64,000 bases of DNA from NCBI GenBank assembly GCA_050273025.1, contig CP158635.1, positions 27,404,001-27,468,000 on the forward strand, in the 5' to 3' direction. A program made the translations under genes and the position numbers. The notes beneath the pieces are model-generated. The model saw nothing but the letters and a program-made list of their open reading frames with translations. It had not been told where the DNA came from and searched no databases. Source of the DNA: Cenococcum geophilum. Lineage: Eukaryota. Shown here one piece after another: positions 53,005 through 64,000 of the stretch; position 1 is the first letter of the stretch, and each line of letters begins with the position of its first letter.

Positions 53005-54817
53005 ATAAGGTACTGGTTTTTTTAAGTAATAGTGTTTAGCTTTTAATAGTCGATATAAAAATAAAGGCCTTTATTAGGCTTTTTTATAAATAGAATAAAA
53101 GAAGTAAAAGGGGCTTAACTTAGCTTAATAAACCCTTTATCCAGGTTATTAATTAAGTACTACTTTATTACTTTTAGCTTATCCATTAATTATTAGTAGA
53201 GGGGGCTATAGCCTAGCAAGTTATTAGCTTCTAATTAAATCTTATAATTATATGTCTAGTAAGGAGGTAACTTATCTAAGGCCGCTTTTAAGAATGCATC
53301 CTTATAATTTATATAAATAATAAAAAGGAGGCGTTTAACTAGTTCCTTATTAGTTTCCTTAGCCGGCTTTTCCTCCCTATTATTAATAATTTGGTTAATC
53401 TTATATAGGCTTATTATAAAGACCTTATTATCCTTCCGGTATATATTAAAGTAGAACACTATAGCACTAATTATAGTAATATCTACTATAGGGGGTTTAT
53501 ATAATAATAGGGGTATATATAACTTTAGGGGCTTCTAGGGTACTAGCGTTATTATTACTCCTTTTAGCTCCTATTATATCTTTTAGAGGTTACCCCTTAT
53601 ATCCTATTAATACGTTCTTTTTTATACTAGTTAGATCTACGCAACTTAGACATTATCTACGTTACTCTCTATCCCGCTTCCGTACGTAAAGTCCTCTTTA
53701 GACGTATTGCTTTAGGAGAGTATTTTTATTAGTATAGAGTTCTTTCTAGCTTCGCGGCGGGCGTCTTTTTAAGTAAAGGCTAGGTTATAGGCCCGGATAT
53801 TCTACTAATAGATAAGGTTAGCCTTTACGGCTAATATCTTATAATTAGTTCGGATTTCCCTAATAAATAAGGGTAGTTTTAGTCTATCCTCCGGCTAGAT
53901 AAATTGCCTTTATTATACGTTTAGCCAAATATTAAAATAGGACATCTATTTTTAGCTAAGGATTATATTGTAGGACCCTAGGTCTAGGATACAGAAAGGA
54001 ATACTATATTAGCGTTGTCCGTTAAAAGCGATATATAACTTTAAGATATAGGTAACCGGCCGACTAGCTTAGCTATTATAGCCTTTTACCTAAACAGGCT
54101 TCTCTAATCAGGTAGCTTTTATATTTAGAAATTTAGCAATATTATTTATATAGGCAGTATTTATAAAGGCAAAGCTATTTGCTCTAGTGTTAATAAGGGC
54201 GGTTATATTTACTCTATATCTATTTTAAGATACTATATATAAAATGGTAAAATGCTTCCTACCTATTAACTAACTAAGATTAATCTCTTTAAGATTAATA
54301 GAGTACCCTAGGGGGGAGTCTTTCCCTAGGGCTCTTTTTTTCCTAACTCGTTAGACATTTCTTCTTCCTCTATTTCCTTAATATTGCCTATATCCTTTAG
54401 CTCTAGGTAAGATAAGGCAAAGTAACCCTCCTTATTATAGTTATAGCACGTAGCCAAAATAGGGTTAATTAGGGTATTGCGACAAGTACTAGTTAATAGT
54501 ATGGTACGTAATTAGTTGGGCGAAGCTCGCTAGTGCGTAAATGTGACCGCTTTTGGTATAAGGGCTATTATAGCTTATCTTTCTACTCTAGCTCCTATAA
54601 GTATAGTTAATAAGTTTTAACTACTATAAGCCCTTTTTTATTAATTAGAACGGGCGTTAATTCGCTTTAGTTTTAAGTTAAGTAATAAATATTAGGCTGC
54701 GAGTTTTTAGTAGGTTAGTAGGTCGTCTAAAGCTACCACAATCTTCTCTTATAGTTAAACCGTTAGCTTGTTATATAGGTCCAAACAGTAGTTCTTAAGG
54801 GGAATTTAGCCTTTACC

Positions 54818-57800
54818 TGTAACGGAACCTTGTAGTAGGAACTACAATGGGTTCTGTTAATGGGCTAGGTATATAGGAAATGTAAAGATAGTAGTTAACA
54901 ACGTAATAATAACTGGTAGAGTGGTTGCCTAATAGATTAACTCTAATTATATTCTAAGAATTACTATAAGGAAGGAACTATCTAGGTAGGGACTAAGGGT
55001 CCTTAAATATATAACTATACTCCTATAAAATCCTCCTTATACGCGATGTACGTATTATATATAAGGTACGTAAGTTCCCTTTATTTCTCGCGTTTCTTAT
55101 ATAGCACCTTATATAACCTTGGCTATTATTCCTTATTATATAGTTCTACGGGTTCTATCTTAAACCGTGCTTATATTAACTAACTAGCTTCTTCCAACTC
55201 CTCTCTAAGTAGTTATAATATCGTACTTAAAGCGTCCGTAACACCATCTCCCTTCTCTCTATCTTTATCCTCAAAGATACCTAGCATCTTTAGGTCGTTT
55301 ACTAGAAGTATAATATCCGTCTAATTAATTTAGTTAATATTGTTACTTATAATGCCTAAAGCTTTTTCTTCTTTATACGCGTAATATCGTGCTCGTACTG
55401 TTGCTATAATATTATCGCTTAGTAAAATAATGCTATCTCCGTGTTCTCGTTACTTAAAAGAGGGGCTAGTATATATTATATTGGCGAGTTCTTTATCTTA
55501 GTAACCCTCCTTTTATTTAGAGTATACTAAAGCAAACGTTTAATCGTCTTACGATATTTGCTTTACTTCTAACGCTAAGTATACGCGTTCTATAACTCTT
55601 AATAGTCTTTAAGTTCCCTAAGTAATTTATTATAGGGTCTTATATTTAATCTACTACTATAAAGCTTAATAGTAATCTGGTATAGGCCCTTATTAAGCTT
55701 AAACGTTCTTAGAATGCGGAATAGAAGGCTCTAGATGCTTACATTACAGTATCTACCCGTCTACTTTATCTTAAGAAAGTGTATAAGAAGGTCCGTTCTA
55801 AGAAGTGGAAACTTATAAAATAGGGTCTTTAGGAACTGGGTAATAAGAGAACTAACTCTCCTCCTATAGTAAGGGGAACAACTCTAAGTAGTTTGGTAGT
55901 CGCTTTTCCTACGTCCCTCTTAAATAACTTATTCTTTAACGATCCTTTTTTATTAATATTGCCTAACCTATTTTCTTTTAATACTCCTATACCTTTCCTA
56001 TAGCATTCTTTAAATTCTCTAGTAGCTTTTAGGTAGTCTTAGTATAGCCTATTTACTTAACCTTATACCATATTTTATTATTAATGCCCTTATAACTAAT
56101 AATCTTTAAAACTTACTATTTATCTTCTTTTTAACCTTTATACGTGTCTGCCTTATAGACTAGTGGCTTAATATTCCTATATACTAGCTTTAGCATTATA
56201 ATATACTATATAGGGTAGATCTTTATTTTAGCTAATAGGTTTAACTTAAATGTGACTAGTAAAATCCTCTATATAATTTTAAAAGGTCCTAGTCTAACGT
56301 AGTCCAACTTCTTACTTAGTTATTAACTTTTGAAATTTTTATATAGTAGCTATACTTTATCTCCCTCCTTAAGATCTAGTCCCTTAGATCTCTTAGTATT
56401 ATAGTACTTTTTTATTCTTTACTATACTGCTTTAGCTGTTTCCGTAAGGTTCGCATAAAGATTTATTAAAGTCTTTATTCTTTACTTAGCTTTACTACTC
56501 GTTTTCTTTACTTAACGTAGTAATAATAATGTTTTTAGCTTATATCTATAATTCGCCTTAAATAGTAATATACCCATTCCTTCTTATGGTGTTGCATTAT
56601 ATATAAACTATATAACTAGTAATAGCAATACCTAATTATTCTATATGTGATTAATATAATGCCTTAAATACTATTTTAGTATCTAGTTTAATCTTTCCGT
56701 TTAACCGTCTATCTGCGGATAATATGCGGTAAAAGTTACTACTTAAACTCCTTATTCCGCTAAGAATACCTCCTAAAATACTACTATAAATCTTAAATCC
56801 CTATCTAATATAATTTTACTTAATACTCTATGTCTTATAAACACTTCTTTAATATAGATTCTAGCAATATCTTCCGCTAAGATTTCTTCCGTATAGGCTA
56901 TAAAGTATCCCTACTTTATAAGCTTGTCTACTATTACTAAGATTATATTATGCTCTTATCTGGTAATAGGATCTCTTAACTTTAGTAACTTAATAATAAA
57001 GTCCTATAATATAACCTCCTATAGTCTCTCTAGTGTTTTAATAGGTTATAGCCCTCTATACGGCTTATACCTTATTAGTTTATTCCTTTAGCAATCTAGA
57101 TACTCTTTAGTAACTTTTCTAGCTATTCTCTAGATTCTATTAATAATATACTCCTCCTAAAGTCTTAACACTAAGCCTATGGCTCTATTATATCCTTAAG
57201 TTAATCCCTTATAGAAGTCCTCTATAAACTACTCTACTATACTTCTTAGGATATACTTTACTTTTTAATTTTCGTATATATCTAACTATAGATCTTCTAG
57301 CTATACCTCTAGAATTCTTTATACCTAAAAGCTTTCTAATATCTCATAGACCTTTTCTAACTCACTCTCTTAAGTTATTGTAATTTTTAGATAATTATAC
57401 CTAATTAGTCTATCTATATCTTTTCGTAGTAAAGCCCCTAATAGCTTATTATTATTTTATAGTTTAGCCTTTTAACTTAATATATTGGCTCGCGTGTTAT
57501 CTATACCCTTAGTATACTAAATCTTAAAATAGTATTCTATAAGCATCTCTGCCCATCTAACCTATCTTTAGTTAAGTTTTTTTATTATTAGAAATCCTAT
57601 TAGGTTTTTATAATCCGTTTTAACTATAAATAGTTTTTCTATACCTTATAAGAATACTCTCTATTTCTTTAGTGCTATAACTATACCTAATAACTCCTTG
57701 TTATAGATGTTATAGTTTAACTCTGGTAATATTATCTTCCAACTATAATATACTACTAGATACCATCTATCTGGATACCTTTATATAAAATATACTCCTA

Positions 57801-60800
57801 GTATAAAGTCTAATATATCTATTTCTATGACCGTCTCTAGTCCTAGTTAATAGATTTTAAGAACTAGCTCCTAGGTAAACAACTCTTTAACTTTCTTAAA
57901 GAGTTCTTACTGTTCCTCTTCCTATACCTATAGTTCTCCTTTCTTCATTAATTATATAAATAGTTTAATATCCTTTAACTATTACGCTATAAACCTTCTA
58001 TAGTAATTGCAAAACCCTAGGAACAATCTTAACTATATAACGTTCTCTAGTTTTTACTAATTTACTATAGCCTTAATCTTCTTTAGATTTATACTAAGTT
58101 AGCCTAGTTTAATAATAAATCTAATAAAATTGGTCTTCCTAGTAAAGAACTCGCATTTCTTAATCGCTACTAGCATTTATTCTTCCTATAGTTTCTTTAA
58201 GACCTATTTAACATATTCTCTATACTCTTTCTTACTTATTAAGTAGATAATAATATTATTAAGGTATACTATAACAAATTTATCTAAATATTCTCCTAAT
58301 ATATTATTAATATACTTCTAGAATATTACTAGTGCGTTTATAAGCCTAAATTGCATAACTAATAGTTTATATAGTCCTTTCTTTAACCTAAAGGCTGCCT
58401 TTTATTTATTGCCTTCCTTAATTCTAATCTAATAGTACGCCTATCTTAGATCTATCTTCGTAAAGATTTACGCATTGCCTATTCTATCTTAAATTTCACT
58501 AATTAAGGGTAAAGAATACCTATCCTTTCTAGTAATGCTGTTTAACTATTTATAGTTAATATATAGCCTTAGTTTGCTATTTTTTTTGGTATAAATAGTA
58601 CTAGATAACCCGCTAATAACTGTAATAGTCTAATATATCCCTTTTATAAGTTCTCTTAGATAAACTCTTTTAATGCTCTACCTTCTTCTTTGGTAAGCTT
58701 ATAGATTAGAAAAAACCTTAGACTTATTCCTAGTTCTAATTCTATTTTATAGTCCTATACTATATATTTTAACAGCTTTTCACTCTTAGGTAACTATAGT
58801 TTCTTACTATACTTATAGTATCTTTTTAGTATATAGCTTAGCCCTTTTTCCGTTTCTTTATAGGTCGCTCCTACTTAGTACTATACCAATTTAGCTTATT
58901 ATTGTATCTTATGGCGTTATATATCTCTAATATTAACCTAACCTATAACCTAATTAATCTTTAGATTATATTTTTATAACTAAGGCATTCCTAGTACTAC
59001 CTTATTATTTCCTAATAATAATATATCGAAAGACATCTTAACTTATCTTCCTTTAATGGTTAGCTAAATAGGTCCTATTTTAAGATTAATAATACCTCCT
59101 CTATAGGCTATCAGATCTCCTAAAATTATTACTAATAGATAAGGACGTTCCTTTTACCTATATAGTAACCCCATTTTTTTAACTACTGCTAGTAAGATAT
59201 AGTTTCTTATTGCTCTACTATTTATTAATACCTCAAACTATTAATTTTACTATTTAACTTATAAATTTAGGTGTTGTTCTTAAATTCCTTTAAGGGTCTA
59301 AGGCTCTACCACTAGCTCCCTCTAGTCTTATAGGCCTCTACTTTTCCTAACTACTAGCTGCTAGATCCTATTTATACTTAGTCTAACTTAGGCTAATACT
59401 TAGTTTATTTTTTATCTTTAATATACTATAGATAGGTATTTTCTAGACATTCCCACCATTGTTATCTATTTAGGTATTCTTTTATAAGAAATCTTTTTAG
59501 TTAAAGTATTAAGTCCCCTTATTTTTAAACTTCTACTAGGTGCTAACTATATATATACTTAGCATTTTAATACTTTACCTTATCCGTTATCTAATACATC
59601 CTTATTAGATACTTCCAATTTTTGTCCTTTAGTGCTCTATATATATTACACGTATTATCTACGTATGCTATCTATAATAGTATGTAATATACTTAATGTC
59701 TTAGGTTAACTCTTGGTTTGTCTTCGTCCTAAAGTTTAAACCTTTTTTATGTTAATCTAAGCGTTGCGACTTTGTTTATAGGTACTAAAATTCGCCTTTC
59801 ACTTCTCTAGTCCTCTAATTACTTCTTTAGATCTTTTAATATTATAATTAAGGCCCCCTTAATATAAGTTATAGCCTTCTCTATAATCGGGTAGTTTTAA
59901 ACAACTTTCTCGTCTAACTATATATAGAAATCCTCCTATTTATTATTATGTCGTTACCTATACCACTTTTAGTACAGCTACTTAAGTATATATAGCTTGT
60001 CCGTAAGGAAATATCTCTTTATTACTACGTTGTAACAGTCTTTAGTATGTTGTTCCTTAAACCTAGTAGGAATTCCTAAATCCTCTTCTTGTTCTAGTTT
60101 AGTAAGCTACTTAGCTCTTAGTATACCTACTCTAGGCCTATTAGTAATCCTTTATACTAGCGCTCTGTCCCTTATATGTCCTAATATACTAGATTTCCGT
60201 TCTTGCTATAAGGTAATTCTTGCCCTAAATTCCTCTATAGTTTCCTTTATATTACGTCTTATAAGTAAATCCTTAAAGTCTTCGTGCTTCTTAATCTTAG
60301 TATTAACTTTTTAATCTTTAGGCTAAACACTATATTCCCCTAGTAAGTCTTTTAGGTCTATATATCTATCTCCTAATCTAATTACTATTTGCGCTATAGA
60401 TTCTCTAATCTATAAAGAAGCTTCTTATCTCTTACTTATAGGTGTCCTAATTCGTGCTCCAAATTCTTAACCCCTTAGATTCTTTAATCCTAAGCTTGCT
60501 TCTAACTTAAGCTTAGCTCCAGCCTTAGTCTAACTAGGCTTTACTAGTGTCTTTATCTTATCTTAAGAGTCCTAGATCTTACTTATCTCATCTTAAGAGT
60601 CTTATACTGTTAGGAATTCTTATCCTAAGCTTATTTGTATATTTTTAAACTAAGCTACTACTCTACTCTATCGGTTTCTGTCCATTATAGGTCTTTAAGC
60701 TTACCTTATCTCGTTTTAAGAATCTTAGTTGTTTCTTATCTTACTATAAGAATCTTAAGCCTTTGGCCTTTTGCCTTTATTAAGTGGTGAGCTAGCACTA

Positions 60801-62339
60801 GCAGTCGTCTACTTACTTAATTGTCCTTAGATATTACTCCTTCCGTCTTATAAAGTAATAGACGCCGTGTTTAACGGTGTTATAATACCCGTTACCGAAC
60901 CCTGCTCTATAGCGGCCCCAGTCTCTACCCTTATTACGTTATTAAGGTTTAAATACCCCTAGTTGGTTTCTTTACTATCCTTATTGCTATTAATTAATAA
61001 GTACTCTAACTCTATTATTATTATTGCTAATTATTATCCGCATATTACTATAATATCTTAATCTAGCTTATAGAGTTAATCTTATTCTTTATTTAACTCT
61101 TTAGTTCCTCTAAATCCTTTTAACTCTAGCTCTTATAGCTAATAGCTTGCACCATACTTAGCGTCTTTATAAATTTGGTATACGTTATTATAATAAAACG
61201 TAAAACTTTTAATTAAACACTCTTTTGTTCCTTATAGTATACTATTATCTCTCTATACGTATGTATTATATACTATTAGTCTAGTTCCCTTTATTATATA
61301 GTAATTCTAACTATCTTTATAATCCCTCGCGAAGTAACCCTATTTTCTATAATTTATATAAGCTCTATTTCTAAACTATTAACTTTATTATAGAGTCCGC
61401 CTAAATATCTTCTGCTATTAAGATCCCTAGTTTAGCCTCTGCTTTTTAATCCTATAATTACTAGATCCTTAACCTCTAGGTTTTTATAGTTTCTTACTTT
61501 ATCTCTTATAGGCTTCTTTAGTACCACTTAGGTCTATTAGCTTTGCGCTATACTATAGTTTCTAACTTAGCTTTAGTCGTTATATACTCTACGTCTTATA
61601 TAACTATAGAACTCTATCCTGGCCTTTCTTAGCCTATTCCCTTTAGAAAATCCTATTATTGATCTTAATTACTTAATTTATTAATTCCCTTAGGGTATCC
61701 GCATCTTCTATTAAAATAATTACGTCCTAGACTTTAGCCTTAAGTCCTTATTTATATTGTGCTATAAGCGCCTTATTATTCCATTCGACCTATATTATAT
61801 ACTTAATTGCTAAAGTTTACTATGTTAGGTCCTAAAGCTTTCTCTTTGCCGTAATTGTTGCTTTTAGGTCCCTAAATATCTATATTAATTGTTCCGCGAA
61901 TCCTACCCAGCTAAAAAATATATATTATACCTTTTAATTTATAGTAGTTATTCCGTTAGTTTATATTTCTGTTAAGTAGGGTTTAAACCATTTAAGTGCC
62001 TAACTCGTTAGGAATAGTCCTGCGTAGGCTATCTAGTCTATTATTGTAGCTAACTTAGCCCCTTCTTATATGACTTTAAAATATATTTGCGTTAGAAATC
62101 CTTTAAGCTTTAATCTTTCCCCTAAGAATCGTTTAATTAATAGTAACTTAACCTTTACTACTCCGATTCTATTAAGTCTATTCTTAAGTACTATATTATT
62201 TTCTATTAATTAATCTACTATTTCTTATAATTATTTTACCGTTATAGGTTGTTGCAAGTTAGTGTCCGCTATACTAGTGTCACCCTCTAACCTTAAAGTA
62301 GTTGCCGCCGTTAATGGCGTTATAGTGGCTGCTTTTGGT
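54818..62339 (-). mobile_element. Gypsy chromovirus I (Skippy/CfT-1-like by gag motifs): 3' LTR 54818-55243, pol ~56000-59300, long gag to 62339, cut at gag codon ~3 by copy J
   Basis: Reverse PPT ccatctcccttctct after the LTR; minus-strand VYLDDI at ~58255; YKVKW.GY chromodomain at ~56045-56070; gag is the reverse complement of 62809-64000. Confidence 0.9.
55352..56035 (+). pseudogene. Putative antisense accessory gene of Gypsy I: Zn(II)2Cys6-like finger, coiled coil and acidic tail; one predicted intron at 55581-55635; RIP-inactivated
   Basis: ATG at 55352. One TGT and five TAT/TAC codons fall at C-x2-C-x6-C-x13-C-x2-C-x8-C spacing. All in-frame stops are TAA/TAG (RIP-type). Exon 2 de-RIPs to ..ARLLRLEKVRKKVRSEEWKLMEQGLQELG.. 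Confidence 0.62.
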
Positions 62340-64000
62340 TGTTACGGACGCTTTAAGTACGATGTTACGACTACTTAGAGAAGAGACGGAAGAAGCTAGT
62401 TGGTTGATTTAGGCACGGTCTAGGATGGAGCCGATAGAACCATGTGACGAGGAATAGTAACTAAGGTTATATAATATGCTACGTATTCAACGAGAGGAAC
62501 GAGAGGAACTTACGTACCTTATATATAAGACGTATATCACGTATAAGAAGGATTTCATAGGAGTACGGTTATGTATTTAAGGACCCTTAGTCCCTACCTA
62601 GATAGTTCCTTCCTTATAGTAATTCTTAGAATATAATTAGAGTTAATCTATTAGGCAACCACTCCACTAGTTATTATTACGTTGTTAACTTTTATACTTG
62701 CATTTCCTATATACCTAGCCTAATAACAAGCCTACCGTAGTTCTTGCTATAAGGTTCCGTTACATAATTACTATCTAGTTATAGTATTAATATAAGAAGT
62801 CGAATAATATGCCACCAAAAGCAGCCACTATAACGCTATTGACGGCAGCAACTACTTTAAGGATAGGGGGTGATACCAATATAGCAGATACTAACTTATA
62901 GTAACCTGTAACGGTCGGATAGCTATAGGAAATAGTCGACTAGCTAATAGCTAATAATATAGTATTAGAAGAAAGACTTAACGGGATAGGAGTAGTAAAG
63001 ATTAAGCTACTATTAATTAAGAGATTTATAGGAGAGAGGTTAAAGCTCAAAGGATTCCTTATGTAAATGCACTTTAAGGTCTTATAAGAGGGAGTAAAGT
63101 TACCTATACCTGTGGATCGGATAGCCTATATAGAACTATTCTTATTAGGAAGAGTACTTAAGTAGTTTAAACTTTACCTTATAGAGATATAGGCAAACGG
63201 AATAACAACTACTAACTAAGACGTGCGATTTATATTCTTAAGTTAGGAAGGATTTATAGAACGACTTACGCAGATGTTTGGAGACCCGGAAGAAACAACT
63301 ATAGCGGAAAGAAAACTCCAGAACCTTGTGTAATAAACTTTAGTAATTAAGTATATAATATAGTTCTAGACACTAGCAATATAAGTAGAGTGGAATAATA
63401 GGGCGCTTAAGGTACAGTATAAATAGGGACTTAAGGCTAAAGTTTAGGACGCGATTATCCTGATGGAAGATGTAGATACCCTAAGGGAACTAATAGATTA
63501 GGCAATTAAGATTAATAATTAGATCTACTAAAGGGAATAGGCTAAGAGAGGCTAGGATAGAGTTCTATAGTTATATAAGGCGCAAAGTACGCAATAACAA
63601 AAGCTAAGTTAGAAACTATAGTATGGCGCAGAGCTAATGGACCTAAGTGGTACTAAAGAAGCCTATAAGAGATGGAGCAAACTATGGAAACCTAGAGGAC
63701 AAGGATTAGATAATTAAAGGTCTAAGGAGTAGAGGCTAAATTAGGGATCTTATTAGCAGAAGACATTTAGGCGGACTTTATAGTAAGAGAAATAGTTTAA
63801 AGAAGGAGCTTATATAAATTGCGGAAAATAGGGTTATTACGTTAGAGACTATAAAAGTGGGCAGAGTTATTATATAGTAAAAGGTATAAGACTAGCAGAC
63901 GATATATATATACAAAAGGACGATAATATGCTGTGAGGAACAAAAGAATGTTTAATTAAAAGTTTTGCGTTTTATTATAACAACATATACCAAATTTATA
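62340..64000 (+). mobile_element. Gypsy element J (same family as I): 5' LTR 62340-62764 and RIPped gag from ATG 62809; runs off the window end
   Basis: MPPKAAT start; KLKGFL.QM; EPMDLS at ~63630; CxxCxxxGHxxxxC knuckle at ~63810-63852. Confidence 0.92.

Larger units (their letters stand above)
37384..54817 (-). mobile_element. Gypsy chromovirus H (3' LTR 37384-37595; chromodomain/integrase 38400-39588 and 45160-45500; RNase H/RT to 46507; RT N-terminus, protease and gag 53005-54817), multiply interrupted
   Basis: tgttac...gttaca LTR followed by a reverse PPT (tcacccccctct); de-RIPped minus-strand YLDD at ~46380, NYEIYDKE at ~45830, GLRFCIDYRKLN at ~53035-53070. Confidence 0.88.

Noticed and set aside
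53256..53459. 67-aa ORF
   Set aside because: It is a stop-free remnant of Gypsy H pol between protease and RT, not an independent gene.

Overview
This window is an AT-rich block of nested transposable elements, most likely from a filamentous ascomycete. It shows heavy repeat-induced point mutation (RIP): TpA is in large excess and most Trp/Gln/Cys codons have become TAG/TAA/TAT/TAC. I found no host gene, RNA gene or CRISPR array. Almost every base can be assigned to an element with readable LTRs, TIRs or target-site duplications (TSDs). The retroelements are four GalEa-type Copia copies, one 1.6-kb Gag-only GalEa derivative with an open ORF, one other Copia, about seven Ty3/Gypsy chromovirus copies or fragments, two solo LTRs and one full-length Tad1-like LINE. 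There are also five non-autonomous DNA transposons: three with CRTCRG ends and 2-bp TSDs, one 136-bp CCCTT MITE and one hAT. Four observations stand out. (1) A RIP-damaged, antisense, intron-containing gene in the 3' region of a Gypsy element has a Gal4-like layout (Zn2Cys6 spacing, coiled coil, acidic tail). (2) A double-palindrome/CCAAT module is shared by the 3' UTRs of one Copia and four Gypsy elements. (3) A modular minisatellite cargo, including one 12-mer, is shared between DNA-transposon superfamilies. (4) The Gag-only mini retroelement has largely escaped RIP. All peptide readings of RIPped regions are manual de-RIP reconstructions; no database searches were run.
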